Shown piece after piece: positions 1 through 10,385 of a stretch of 64,000 bases of DNA. The notes below the pieces were generated by a model. It had not been told where the DNA came from, did not search any database, and was given only the letters and a program-made list of their open reading frames with translations. The DNA is from a virus. Lineage: Duplodnaviria > Caudoviricetes. The DNA lies in the IMG/VR virus record IMGVR_UViG_3300029288_000002, positions 64,001 to 128,000 of that record; one strand, given 5' to 3'. The position numbers and the translations under genes were made by a program. Position 1 is the stretch's first letter. Every line of letters starts with the position of its first letter.

Positions 1-80
1 CAATATATACTACTACTACACTACTACTACACATATACACAACACTACTACACACAACTCACAGTATCACACTACACAGC
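1..80. repeat. Low-complexity, nearly G-free CTA/CAC repeat tract; possible genome end
   Basis: ACTACTACTACAC twice plus CACAC/CTAC variants; first G at position 64. Confidence 0.6.
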
Positions 81-82
81 GT

Positions 83-218
83 ATTAATAAACCGACCGTT
101 GGTTTATTAATTATATATGATCTATCACATATAAGACGAGTCTTATATGTATCACACTGCAAGTGATACTCAAATAAGATAAACTTAGTAAAGAATCAAC
201 TGTTAACCGGTTAACAGT
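83..218. repeat. Cluster of four inverted repeats/palindromes
   Basis: ATTAATAAACC..GGTTTATTAAT (83-111), ACATATAAGAC-GA-GTCTTATATGT (127-150), GTATCAC..GTGATAC (149-169), perfect palindrome ACTGTTAACCGGTTAACAGT (199-218). Confidence 0.8.
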
Positions 219-667
219 AATAATATCAACATTATCATATATCAATCTATACCTGGTGATCACTATGCTATAATCTACAATAGACATATAGAATGACCTT
301 GATCGAATATAAAACGATTGTAGACCTTGCTATACAATACTTAATATTAGTTATAGTATAACAATAGATAGTATCTAACTATATACAACACAGCAACCTT
401 ATACAGAACTGATCCACAACATTATCAAAATGTCAATACCCCAAATCCTTACAAAATTGCAAAGTGAAAAAAGGGATATTGGTGTCAAAAAAGGGGTAAA
501 AGCATTGACAAGGTATGGTATACTAATAGCGTAAGATGATCATTAACAAGGTAGCAAGATACACCAGCTACCACACAGGACGAAACACCTACACGCGCAA
601 AGCGTGATATTGGATGGATTAACTGGTACGCAAGTATCAGACCTATGACAGATAAGGATTAACCAGA

Positions 668-838
668 ATGAAAAAAGCTATTTTGGCAGAAATTGAACTC
701 TTGAAAAAACAGATTGAAATGAGCGAAATTGAAGCTATCCGCGCAGGTAAAGGCTTATTAACTGCGTACAATGACGGGAAGATTGAAGGATTAAAAAGTG
801 GTATTGCAAGTTTAGAAATTTTACTTGCAAAGCTTTAA
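668..838 (+). CDS. Small helical hypothetical protein (56 aa, MKKAILAEIELL...)
   Basis: RBS AAGGA, ATG 668, TAA 836-838, followed by a perfect 14-bp hairpin at 856-887; below ORF-track cutoff. Confidence 0.7.
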   Translation: MKKAILAEIELLKKQIEMSEIEAIRAGKGLLTAYNDGKIEGLKSGIASLEILLAKL

Positions 839-912
839 TCACTTAACCGCGATATTCCTACTACTCTCACCTGAGAGTAGTAGGAAACCCAGACTCGAAA
901 AAGGATAGCAGA

Positions 913-1065
913 ATGAAACACAGGAATATTTTGAACATCCGGGCTACATGCGCAAACGCGGCATTGGTAAGAGCCATCACTTGTGATGGCTGGTTCAAAA
1001 CTCCCCACACATGGAATTACAGTAATACCATTAATACCATTACTGTAATATGGAAAAAACCATGA
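913..1065 (+). CDS. Small hypothetical protein (50 aa)
   Basis: RBS AAGGA, ATG 913, followed by a terminator. Confidence 0.55.
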   Translation: MKHRNILNIRATCANAALVRAITCDGWFKTPHTWNYSNTINTITVIWKKP

Positions 1066-1078
1066 ACCTTAGAACCTT

Positions 1079-1101
1079 AAACCGCCGCAAGGCGGTTTTT
1101 T
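1079..1101 (+). terminator. Intrinsic terminator
   Basis: AAACCGCC-GCAA-GGCGGTTTTTT. Confidence 0.85.
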
Positions 1102-2159
1102 GTTGTCTTCTTACAAACTTACTTAGTTAACCTTACTAACTAAGTATAAAATCGCTCATATTGCACAATAATCACGTCATACACGCGCGTACACAGCAAT
1201 AATCATAGATTCTCGTGTTAAAGTAGTGCATCTTACACGATGCAAGCGAGAGTCATGCCTCCATTACGCAGAGTCAAGGATATTCAGACTTTTGAATGTC
1301 TTTGCGCGATTCGTGTTTTTTATATCACAAGATCACAGACTCCTGTGCATTTTTAGACACCTTGTATACAATAAAGCACACTGTTTACAAATAGACACAG
1401 TGTATAATAATCAACACAGAGTCTATTATCTAACACCGTGTACGATAACAGACAAGTGTACAGAATCCAACAAAATGTATCATATACAAAACGAGTATAC
1501 AATTGTAAACGAATAGACACAAGATCACGTCAATTTTAGCTTCACATGCGAATAGAACAAAAGTTTATTTTTAAAACCTTAAGAATCTTAAAAATTAGTA
1601 TAAAGATAATACAATAATGGCATAACTAAAATAAAGAAAATTGAAAGTACAATAGAAAATTTACAGAAAATCAATATTTTAGAATTTACAAAAACGGCTA
1701 TACTGGCTATCATCCTTTTTAAAATTGCGTTCTGGTGGCATCGTACAAGCGAGTTTAAGAATATTATGTTCTATTGAATAATATTAAGTTTTGAGTTTAA
1801 GAATCTTGAGTTTTCATACTTCTTTTTAGCTATAGAATTGAATATTTTGTATTTTCTTTTAGTCAATTTGAATTTAATCAATGTACCGGTCGGTATAACA
1901 TGCGAATTGTGAATATTCAGACTCGTTCTATCAGAAAATACTCATGCCTGTATAATATTATGACATATAATGTCTTATATACATAGGTAAACAACGTATA
2001 CTGCACAAATAATGATCTGATCAATAGAGTCAATAGAATCAATAAGATTATAAATATGATTAGAACAAAATATCTAATCATATGATCATTACAAGAATAG
2101 TCAACATACCAATTTATTAGTTGAAAATATAGCGAATTTGTACAAATTGATCGAACAGC

Positions 2160-2230
2160 CATTGTATGACACTGAGAAGGGCTGAGAGCGATTTTAAAAA
2201 ATAAAGGTATATTATGACCTGTGAGCTTTA
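2160..2230. repeat. Dispersed dyad element, copy (one arm plus core)
   Basis: TGTATGACACTGAGAAGGGCTGAGAGCGATTTT...AAAGGTATATTATGACC aligns with arms at 12028, 15171, 50941. Confidence 0.6.
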
Positions 2231-2646
2231 GTGCATATAAAAGTGGTGAAAAGATAGAAGATTCTACGCACAATAAATAGTACACAACAAAAAGAGTATG
2301 AATCTGTAAAGTTTATAGTGTACATCATAAAGTTGTAAAATTGCGCAGTTTATAGTGTACAGGTAAATGTATACACTGTTATACTTAATATTAGTAAACA
2401 ATAAAATTGTAAAAAGTTATACTCATTATAGAGACAACAAATAATATATAAAATTATAGAATAAATAGTACAAACTGCGGATGACTGCTTTCCAACCGCT
2501 TGTATAAGGTTGCAGTCATGGAGACGAGTCAAACATTATACAAGACGTACCAGGTGACAATCAAGTTAGTGTAATATATACGTTTAGTTAAAATCGGCGG
2601 AATATTGCATATAATGGAAGATAGCCGAAACACTGAGTAAAATCGC

Positions 2647-2757
2647 GCTCAACCCTTCCTGGTGGCGCACAAGGGCAACTGGTATATAAAGGTCAAACAC
2701 TACCTTATGACGGTTAAAATCGCTCTCACTCGTTCTGGAGGGCTTGCAGGGGTATTG
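2647..2757. repeat. Dispersed dyad element, copy
   Basis: Core AAAGGTCAAACACTACCTT; right arm AAAATCGCTCTCACTCGTTCTGGAGGGCTTGCAGGGGTATTG. Confidence 0.65.
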
Positions 2758-2929
2758 TAGCATAGAGTCTAAAAATGAATAGAACTATAATTTTAGTTGC
2801 AGCCCAGGCGTATAGAACAAATTACAACTATTGATAGAACAAATTGTAATTATCTTGCAACACACAGAAACCGAAATAGTGCTATCATAAGCATAGAAAT
2901 TCTACTACTCACAAAAAGGACACTTTCCG

Positions 2930-3145
2930 ATGAAACAAACCATTGCTTTACTTTTAGTTGTTGCGATCATCTTAGTCGCGTTCGTATTCGTAGTTTTGCC
3001 AGCGTTCAACGCGCTGGCAAACAACCCGGGTGAAGCAATTCGCCAAAACTACGCCTCCGCCGAAGAAGCGCAGCAGCAGCTCGAAACAAAAATGCAAAAT
3101 TGCGAGAATGACTTCTCTCAATGCGTGAATATCCTGCAACCGTAG
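2930..3145 (+). CDS. Small membrane-anchored/secreted protein
   Basis: RBS AAAAGGA; N-terminal hydrophobic helix; terminator at 3164-3190. Confidence 0.75.
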   Translation: MKQTIALLLVVAIILVAFVFVVLPAFNALANNPGEAIRQNYASAEEAQQQLETKMQNCENDFSQCVNILQP

Positions 3146-3325
3146 ACCCCCACACACAACAAAAAAGAGACTCTAACCAGTCTCTTTTTTAGTACCTGCA
3201 AATAGAACAAAATTTCTATCACGCAGGTACTACACCAGGATGACAATTAGAACATTTGTACCCTTTACAGGTGGTAAAAATCGAGTAAAATAAAGGTACA
3301 ATCTTTTTAGTCATGGAGTTTTACA

Positions 3326-3496
3326 ATGTCATACACAGTCATTTTAACAATGTCTAACGGCGAAACTCGCCCGACAAACCAATATTTTAGCAACCCCCAA
3401 ACCGCGATCATGGTTGCAAAAATAATCGAGAACCATGTTGCAGGGGTTGTATCTGCAACCCCGATTCCGGTTGTGGTGCCGGGCACAATCGTCTGA
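3326..3496 (+). CDS. Small hypothetical protein (56 aa, MSYTVILTMSNG...)
   Basis: RBS GGAG, ATG 3326, TGA 3494-3496, terminator at ~3522-3555. Confidence 0.6.
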   Translation: MSYTVILTMSNGETRPTNQYFSNPQTAIMVAKIIENHVAGVVSATPIPVVVPGTIV

Positions 3497-3702
3497 TAGA
3501 TTATACCTGCTACCACAAAAAAACGAGAGTCTGCCGGTCAGACTCTCGTTTTTTGTTGCTTCTCTGTGTCCTATAAAATATGTAAAAACGGTGAGAATTT
3601 GACCAAGAATTAGTAACACCAAAACGCCAAAATCGTGTATAATCAATATCGTAGCAAGTTGAGAGCGGAAACGCTCCAAACCAACAACTTGCGGAGGAAA
3701 AA

Positions 3703-3906
3703 ATGGCAGTGAAATTTTACGGCAAACAGCAGGAAGAATACGAGTCAATTTGCGCACAATTGCGCGAAATTGAAGAAGAAGTAGAACGCGAATATATACC
3801 GCCAACAGTTGCACAAAACCTTAAAAATTTTGTGCGCAATAACGTTGTTAGTGTATACGCACGCTCTATCCTACTTCACATCGAATTATTTTTTCGTAAT
3901 TTGTAA
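3703..3906 (+). CDS. Hypothetical early protein
   Basis: RBS GGAGG; terminator at ~3925-3956. Confidence 0.75.
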   Translation: MAVKFYGKQQEEYESICAQLREIEEEVEREYIPPTVAQNLKNFVRNNVVSVYARSILLHIELFFRNL

Positions 3907-4100
3907 ATAATTTTTATTATTTTTAAACCGCTATCCCTACCAGATAGCGGTTTTTGTTGTCTTAAAGTGTCCTATAAAACAACGATTTTACGGCTGGTCG
4001 GTAAACTATCCTATAAAATGGTAATTTTAGGTATAATTTGTCATATTTGTAGGTATAAAAATACCCCAGGTGGCAATCACCTGGGGTATAGTATACAAGA

Positions 4101-4316
4101 CTAAAGATAATTACGTGCATATTCGAGATCATTATCTGTAATAATGATCTCGCGGCGGGCGTTCCACACGCGCAAGCGAGGAAGGTCAACCAATTCGCCG
4201 TTTTCGTCAATTTTTGACGAAACGTTTAGATTCAAGGGTTCGTAAAAACGCGGCGTAAAGTGTAACACTTTGCATACCTTACGCGCTGTAGACGAAAGAA
4301 AATTTGCAGTAAACAT
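4101..4316 (-). CDS. Hypothetical protein; only convincing minus-strand gene
   Basis: Minus-strand RBS AAAGGA before ATG; hairpin ATACCCCAGGTG..CACCTGGGGTAT (4061-4089) downstream. Confidence 0.65.
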   Translation of the reverse strand: MFTANFLSSTARKVCKVLHFTPRFYEPLNLNVSSKIDENGELVDLPRLRVWNARREIIITDNDLEYARNYL

Positions 4317-4576
4317 TTTACAATTCCTTTTTTCAAAATTTCAGAATATCATCATATACCAGTATAGCCTTTTTTTATTGCCAAAAAATGACTTTCTAAA
4401 AACGATAGAAATTATACCTGGTGAAACCTACTTAAAGATAGTACGTAGATAAAAATTACCTTTTATGTCTGAAAACTGGTAGGAATAACTCCCTACCAGT
4501 TTTATTTTACCTATTGACAAAATAAGGATGATCGGTTAAGATGATAGCATACTCCGATTACAAAGGAATTACAGCA

Positions 4577-4984
4577 ATGGAAATTACAACCGCAAACTTA
4601 GACAAGGTTCTACATACACCAGGGTTAAAATCCTTGTGTGTTGAATTGGTAGCAAAGCGCAAAGAAGTTGAAAATTTGCGTAAAATTGTTGACTCTTTGT
4701 GGTTAGAATTTACTGGTGTACCTGAGAATAGGTCGTACCAGTTAGAAGAAAATATTTTTCGGCGGGCATTAATTGACATTGACCGGATTTTAAAAGAAGA
4801 AGGAATTAAACCCTTATCAATGGATATGGAACGCTGCCCGTTTTTAGTTGCACAAAACGAATTAAACCTCATCGAAAATAAAATTTTAGATATTACTGCG
4901 AAACCGTTTAATTTAAATATGGATTTGCTAAAAAATAGGCAATTATGGTTAGCCAAAATTCTGGAGGGGATGAAATACCAGTAA
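4577..4984 (+). CDS. Hypothetical early protein
   Basis: TTGACA promoter, RBS AAGGA, terminator at ~5000-5030. Confidence 0.8.
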   Translation: MEITTANLDKVLHTPGLKSLCVELVAKRKEVENLRKIVDSLWLEFTGVPENRSYQLEENIFRRALIDIDRILKEEGIKPLSMDMERCPFLVAQNELNLIENKILDITAKPFNLNMDLLKNRQLWLAKILEGMKYQ

Positions 4985-5135
4985 ATAATTTTCACGCAGT
5001 AAAGCGAGTCTGACAGTCAGACTCGCTTTTATTTTAGCTATAAATTAGAACAAAGATTCTACCATTTTACCCTTGACTCTGGGGTAGGATATGGTAAGAT
5101 AGTAGCATACTCTGATTTAAGGATGATAACAAACC

Positions 5136-5459
5136 ATGAATACCAGCGTTAAACACTTTGAGCGAAACGGCTTTCCAGAATTTTTGCAAGATATTTCAGG
5201 CGATAATTTGCCATTGTACGTTAAAAAGTTTTTTGAAAGTAAACCATATGAAAAGGCTTTACACACAAAAAACGGAAAAGTTAGCTACTTTGTACCATGC
5301 AAGAACGCGCCCGTAAATGTATACCTTTCACGTCATTTTATTTTACCTGATAATTTAGCCCATCAATTATACTGGAAAATTACGATCAATCAGGTAATTT
5401 ATTATCTGATGTATGACCGTGATAACACCTGTTATGCTGTAGCTGTAGAAATAGCATAA
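5136..5459 (+). CDS. Hypothetical early protein
   Basis: Promoter + RBS + terminator unit. Confidence 0.8.
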   Translation: MNTSVKHFERNGFPEFLQDISGDNLPLYVKKFFESKPYEKALHTKNGKVSYFVPCKNAPVNVYLSRHFILPDNLAHQLYWKITINQVIYYLMYDRDNTCYAVAVEIA

Positions 5460-5650
5460 TAACCCAAACCGCTTGACGTAAAAATCAAGCGGTTAAATTT
5501 TAGCCACAAATCAGACAAAATTTACCATAAAAAGAAGATTTTATCTGAGAATTTGCGCCAAACCTGATAGGCTAAAAGGCTTGACAAAATAAAGTACTTG
5601 AGATAAAATCAATACAGATTGACCAACCTATGACCAAAGAGGATAACGCT

Positions 5651-6001
5651 ATGAGCAATTATTACCGCACTACGTTAGAAACGCCTGAAGAAAAAAAGAC
5701 GGGTTTAACAAGTATCCAACAGGATGTTATTGTTACCTTTTCAAGTCTTATTGAACAAAGGATTAAGGTTTATACAAACCTTAATAACAACGGTTCTCAA
5801 ATGGGTGAGAAGTGGTGTAAAGCGCAAGACAAGAAAATGGATAAGATGTATACCCGTGAGCAAGAATTAATGACGGGATGGGGTATTACCCTTGATTATC
5901 CCGGGCTTTATCCTTGCTACAATTTCACCCATAACGGAAAGAGTTATCAGGAATTAAGTCTTGTAAATGCTTTCCGCAGAATAAACGGATTTTACGACTA
6001 A
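5651..6001 (+). CDS. Hypothetical early protein
   Basis: Promoter + RBS + terminator unit. Confidence 0.8.
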   Translation: MSNYYRTTLETPEEKKTGLTSIQQDVIVTFSSLIEQRIKVYTNLNNNGSQMGEKWCKAQDKKMDKMYTREQELMTGWGITLDYPGLYPCYNFTHNGKSYQELSLVNAFRRINGFYD

Positions 6002-6154
6002 AATTGTCATATTCTCACTTGAAACCGCGTATACTGATACGCGGTTTTTGTTGGTCAAACCGGTATAAAATAAGTTTACAAAAACCCTTGACATGGGATA
6101 ATTTTGTGGTAAAATGGTTATAGAGTAAGATATACTACTAACAAGGATTAAACA

Positions 6155-6514
6155 ATGCACACTTTTGAGATTGAACGCGCAATTAAGGATTATTGCTTAG
6201 TTAATCGCTTGAAGATTTTTCCGAAATTTTCAGCGGTTGTCAAGAATAAACCGTCAGTATGTATAAATGACATTATAGACGATACAGAAGAATTTGAATG
6301 CGATTATTACCACTTATCAGAACCCCTTATTATAGACATATACGACAATAATACTTTAGTATTACACTGTGAAGATTTTCCACTTGACCCTTATCACCTG
6401 AAAATTTTGATTGTAAATTTTCAAAACTGCGTAGCATGGGATTTAAGAGATGTTTGTAGTAATGCTTTGAGCGAATTGCGGCGTTATACTGACATTAAAC
6501 CGCCAAAACAATAA
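6155..6514 (+). CDS. Hypothetical early protein
   Basis: Promoter + RBS + terminator unit. Confidence 0.8.
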   Translation: MHTFEIERAIKDYCLVNRLKIFPKFSAVVKNKPSVCINDIIDDTEEFECDYYHLSEPLIIDIYDNNTLVLHCEDFPLDPYHLKILIVNFQNCVAWDLRDVCSNALSELRRYTDIKPPKQ

Positions 6515-6692
6515 AATATTTTCGCTCCCGTCTACAGAAATAGCCTATACTCGCAGTATAGGCTATTTCTATTCTGGTAAAATTTTCGCTCAAAATTTGC
6601 CCGAAAATTGCTTATACCAATTGCTTGACAAAACAAAATAACCATGCTACAATCAGACCAGATTGAAATACTGACAGAAAAGGACAGCTAAA

Positions 6693-6857
6693 ATGGACGA
6701 GTACAAGGTTTGGTTGCAAATGGAGAAGGATTATAGCCAACAAAGGATTGATGCCATTGCTCACCCTTCTTGGTTTCGTGATCCTAACTATGTAGAACAT
6801 TGCGATAAGATGCTGGTGATTATCCGTGATAACCTTAAACGGTTAGAACAAAGTTAA
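6693..6857 (+). CDS. Small hypothetical protein (54 aa, MDEYKVWLQM...)
   Basis: TTGACA promoter at ~6625, RBS AAAGGA, terminator at ~6879-6909. Confidence 0.7.
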   Translation: MDEYKVWLQMEKDYSQQRIDAIAHPSWFRDPNYVEHCDKMLVIIRDNLKRLEQS

Positions 6858-7041
6858 ATTAAAATTTTCGCTCAAAGAATAGGCTATACAGGTATTGTAT
6901 AGCCTATTTATGTTAGTAAAAGCACGGTTTTATCATCAGATTCATCAGATCATTACAAAATAGTTGCAAAGGTTGAAAAGGCTTGCGTTTTATATTTTTT
7001 GTGATAAACTATATATAATCTTAGGTGAAAAGGAAACCGAA

Positions 7042-7233
7042 ATGAGATCAACAATTAACGCCAGTGAAGCTACTTCTATTTTGAAAATTTTACGCGGGGT
7101 TTCGCGTGAAAAAAGGTGCGTGGTTTGTGGTAAACCTATTCCAACGAAATATTGGTTTTTTGAGTTTACCGGAAACCATGCTGTAGGTTTATGCCAACAT
7201 TGTAAGCCTGCGCAAACTGTAATTTACTACTAA
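7042..7233 (+). CDS. Small zinc-finger protein
   Basis: CxxC...CxxC (CVVC, CQHC); RBS AAAGGA. Confidence 0.7.
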   Translation: MRSTINASEATSILKILRGVSREKRCVVCGKPIPTKYWFFEFTGNHAVGLCQHCKPAQTVIYY

Positions 7234-7385
7234 TTAGACAAAATACCTCAGATTATTCTGGGGTATTTTGTTGTCAGTATTTCATTGCAACTATCTTGCA
7301 ACGAAATTGCAATGCACAAAAAGGATATTCTGTGATAAGATTAGTACATCGAACAAGGATTTTATCACTGAAAGGACTTGCACAC

Positions 7386-7793
7386 ATGGACGAATCTAGT
7401 GAAAAAATGATTTCTCGTAAATTCGAGGTTGCTGCCGGTACGAATGAAAACGGCGAGTATGAAGTGTACGCCAGTGAAGTATGGCATGATAATTTTCGCA
7501 ATAAGGACTATGATTATAGTCGTTGGATGTCATGCCATGAAACGCAAGAGCAAGCGAAACACGAAGCTGCCCAAATGAACAAGGGTTGTTATTACTGGAA
7601 ACCTTTTGGCCAATCAGCAAAGAAGCTGGCGTTATATCATAGTCATAAGGTTAATATGTTGGGTTGTGTTATTTGCAACGATAATGACACTTGGAACGTT
7701 TATTCTAGTGATACTGCAACCACTGAAAGAATCGGAAGTGAAAAAAAGGTAAATGTAGCAATGACATTGTTAGAAAATTACTACACAAAATAA
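7386..7793 (+). CDS. Hypothetical early protein
   Basis: RBS AAAGGA; terminator at ~7812-7843. Confidence 0.8.
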   Translation: MDESSEKMISRKFEVAAGTNENGEYEVYASEVWHDNFRNKDYDYSRWMSCHETQEQAKHEAAQMNKGCYYWKPFGQSAKKLALYHSHKVNMLGCVICNDNDTWNVYSSDTATTERIGSEKKVNVAMTLLENYYTK

Positions 7794-7905
7794 TCAAAAA
7801 ATTACTCGACAAAATAGGCTATACTTTGCAGTATAGCCTATTTATTTTACCTTGTTTTGTACAATTTTCCTTGTATAAAAATACACTTTTATATGTAATT
7901 TGCGC

Positions 7906-8013
7906 GTGAGCCTTTGCGGAGGCGTACAAGTGTATTTTTAGTTTAACTGGTATTTCATCGTTTTCACTGGTAAAATCGCTTAGAATCGCTCCCAATAAAC
8001 TACACAGGCATTG
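7906..8013. repeat. Dispersed dyad element, copy
   Basis: Right arm AAAATCGCTTAGAATCGCTCCC...ACACAGGCATTG. Confidence 0.5.
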
Positions 8014-8111
8014 TATAATAGGAGTTTACCGCAAAACTGGTTAATATTGGGGTATTGACAGATAAAAAAGAATGTGATATGATGAAACCAATCTTAGGAA
8101 AGGATTAAACC

Positions 8112-8723
8112 ATGAAAAAAGAAAGAATGATAGAAATACCTGATCAAAATAGCTATACTGGTTATTCCAGTATAGAAGTTGAGTTTTTAGGGAAAGGTTC
8201 TTTCTGTACTTGCTATGTTTGGCAACCTGTACTAGAAGATATTTGGGTAATCTCTTTTCTGAGAATCGGAAATAAAGAATCTGATTATAGTAAAGAAGCA
8301 ATCGCGCTTTACTGCGATAATTCGTTTATACCCCAGATTGAAAACTTAGGGTATAGTAAAGATGAACGATTTATGGTATTCAAATCACCTTTTTACGCTA
8401 AACTTGAGAAGAAGTTTACAGAAGCATGGTTGCAAGCAAAAATGCTGAAAAAAGCATATGACGAAATTGTATATACCTCTGATAACCGCAAATTAACCGG
8501 CTATGAGATTAATCTAAAAATCATAGATCGCTTGACTGAAATGAATTTGAATGAGCGTTTATTAGATGCACTAATCGAATTAAACGACTCACTATGCAAT
8601 TATGATGACAGTTACCGTTTTGAATTTCCTACCAGAAATTTAAAGGTAGATGAAAAGGGTAATTTAATCCTGTTAGATGTAATTTTCAACAGTAAAGCGT
8701 TACGGGATCGCTTTGAAAGTTAA
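8112..8723 (+). CDS. Protein kinase-like fold protein
   Basis: Gly loop FLGKGSF, helix-C-like KEAIAL, catalytic-loop-like EFPTRNL, then LILLD. Confidence 0.6.
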   Translation: MKKERMIEIPDQNSYTGYSSIEVEFLGKGSFCTCYVWQPVLEDIWVISFLRIGNKESDYSKEAIALYCDNSFIPQIENLGYSKDERFMVFKSPFYAKLEKKFTEAWLQAKMLKKAYDEIVYTSDNRKLTGYEINLKIIDRLTEMNLNERLLDALIELNDSLCNYDDSYRFEFPTRNLKVDEKGNLILLDVIFNSKALRDRFES

Positions 8724-8879
8724 AAATAAATTTACTCCAACAAACAAAAAAGACGGCTAACGACCGTCTTTTATTTTGCATAGAAATATGACAATTTTTA
8801 TACAAAACATCAGATTGTCAAAAAGGCTTGACAATTCCCAAAAAGAGAGTAAAATTATAGACAAGAAAGGAACTAAGCT

Positions 8880-9089
8880 ATGGATACAATCGAGTTTACA
8901 AAGTTAGATGAAAACATGCAAGAAACAATTAGCTTGTATGCTTACATGAATAATTGTACAATCGAAGATTTTTTGCGCTTGTTTTGGGTAATTGTGCTTG
9001 ATACCCATTTTCGCTATTTGTTAGACAGTGAAATGACAAAATCATTTTACACGATATTCTGCGAAATGGGTTATAAACTGGTGATTTAA
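8880..9089 (+). CDS. Hypothetical early protein
   Basis: Promoter TTGACA(8828)-N16-TAAAAT, RBS. Confidence 0.75.
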   Translation: MDTIEFTKLDENMQETISLYAYMNNCTIEDFLRLFWVIVLDTHFRYLLDSEMTKSFYTIFCEMGYKLVI

Positions 9090-9155
9090 CCTTTTCGCCC
9101 GTGATATGGTAAACTTAGCAAGGCTTAACCAACCACTAAGAAGGAGGAATTAGCC

Positions 9156-9380
9156 ATGAAAAAGCAAAAACAGCAACTGCAGTCATACTCTTTCAAAAGA
9201 GAAATGATTATTATATTTGTCAATAGTCAAACTGATGATCAATTAGACCCCTCTATTTTTCAAAAATTTATTATTACAGGTGAAGCGATTCATTCTGCAG
9301 GATTGGGTAACTGGTTAGTAAAATCTACCAGTATTGACTTACTAAACAACAAAATGTTTGTGTATCTTGAACCAGTATAA
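9156..9380 (+). CDS. Hypothetical protein
   Basis: RBS GGAGG. Confidence 0.75.
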   Translation: MKKQKQQLQSYSFKREMIIIFVNSQTDDQLDPSIFQKFIITGEAIHSAGLGNWLVKSTSIDLLNNKMFVYLEPV

Positions 9381-9423
9381 TCTTTTCTCGTAGTAATAGA
9401 ACAAAGATTCTATAGAAAAAGGC

Positions 9424-9451
9424 TTGACAAATAGCAAGAAAGGGCTATAAT
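9424..9451 (+). promoter_or_regulatory. Sigma70/SigA-type promoter, representative of about 30 in the window
   Basis: TTGACA-N16-TATAAT; preceded by TAGAAC-AAAG-ATTCTA box at 9397. Confidence 0.85.
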
Positions 9452-9493
9452 TATTACATACTGACAGAAGGAAAAAAGGACAATACAACAAAC

Positions 9494-9688
9494 ATGAAAC
9501 GGTTAATCGCAGAAGCTATTTTGAATGTTTTGACCAGCCGATGGTTTCAGAACTGGTATCGGTCTGGTAATTTTTACAAATACCTTACCTCTACAGGTAA
9601 AGTAATTCCTACTAAAGTCCAGATATTGCAAGAAATCGAAAATAATTTTCTTGAATATGTGGACTTTTCAAACGAGGTAGCAAAATGA
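9494..9688 (+). CDS. Hypothetical early protein
   Basis: RBS AAAGGA. Confidence 0.7.
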   Translation: MKRLIAEAILNVLTSRWFQNWYRSGNFYKYLTSTGKVIPTKVQILQEIENNFLEYVDFSNEVAK

Positions 9689-10046
9689 AATACATTCTAG
9701 GCGCATGTTTAGCCACCAGAAAAAAATATGCGCGTATTTTACACAGGAACAACGAGTAAATACAGGCGAATGGATTGAATGGCAAGAAATTTCAGGATTT
9801 GATTTAGCGTGTGAAACATGGAAGTTTTTTACAGGTAACGATCTGAAAGAAGAAGATTTTAACTAAACAAATAAAAAGACTTCTCCCACAAAGAGAAGTT
9901 TTTATTTAGTTATAATCTTGACAATATTTATCTATAAAATACAAAATTTACGCGCAAATTAGCCTGAAAACTGGTCATAAGAACCCTTGACTCTGGGTGA
10001 ATTTGTGGTAAAATAGATTTAATCTTTCAGACATAAGGTGACTAAA

Positions 10047-10385
10047 ATGGCTTCTGCAATTGAAATTAAGAACGGAATTATTGAACCTGTCACAGATAAA
10101 CACGGTTTCTATGATATGGTTAAATATTCTATAGCAATTGAGAAATTGCTAATGGCAGCAACTGCCAATGAGATTAAGTTTATGTGGAATAACTATATTG
10201 TCACACTGCCATTAAACATTTTAACTATTTCAAAAGTAAAATATGTGTATAAAGGCAAGGTTAAATGGACAGGTAGCATTAAATTTAAACTCGTTAGCCT
10301 CGAGTTTGTCGAATTTATGATGAATGATGATATTAGACATGATTTTATGCTACCAAAAGAAGTAATTTTTGAGTTGATAAAGTAA
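10047..10385 (+). CDS. Hypothetical early protein
   Basis: Promoter + RBS AAGGTG + terminator. Confidence 0.75.
   Translation: MASAIEIKNGIIEPVTDKHGFYDMVKYSIAIEKLLMAATANEIKFMWNNYIVTLPLNILTISKVKYVYKGKVKWTGSIKFKLVSLEFVEFMMNDDIRHDFMLPKEVIFELIK

Noticed and set aside
1226-2532. ORF-track entries 1226-1516, 1917-2285, 2350-2532
   Set aside because: No RBS, atypical composition, located in a repeat-rich non-coding tract.
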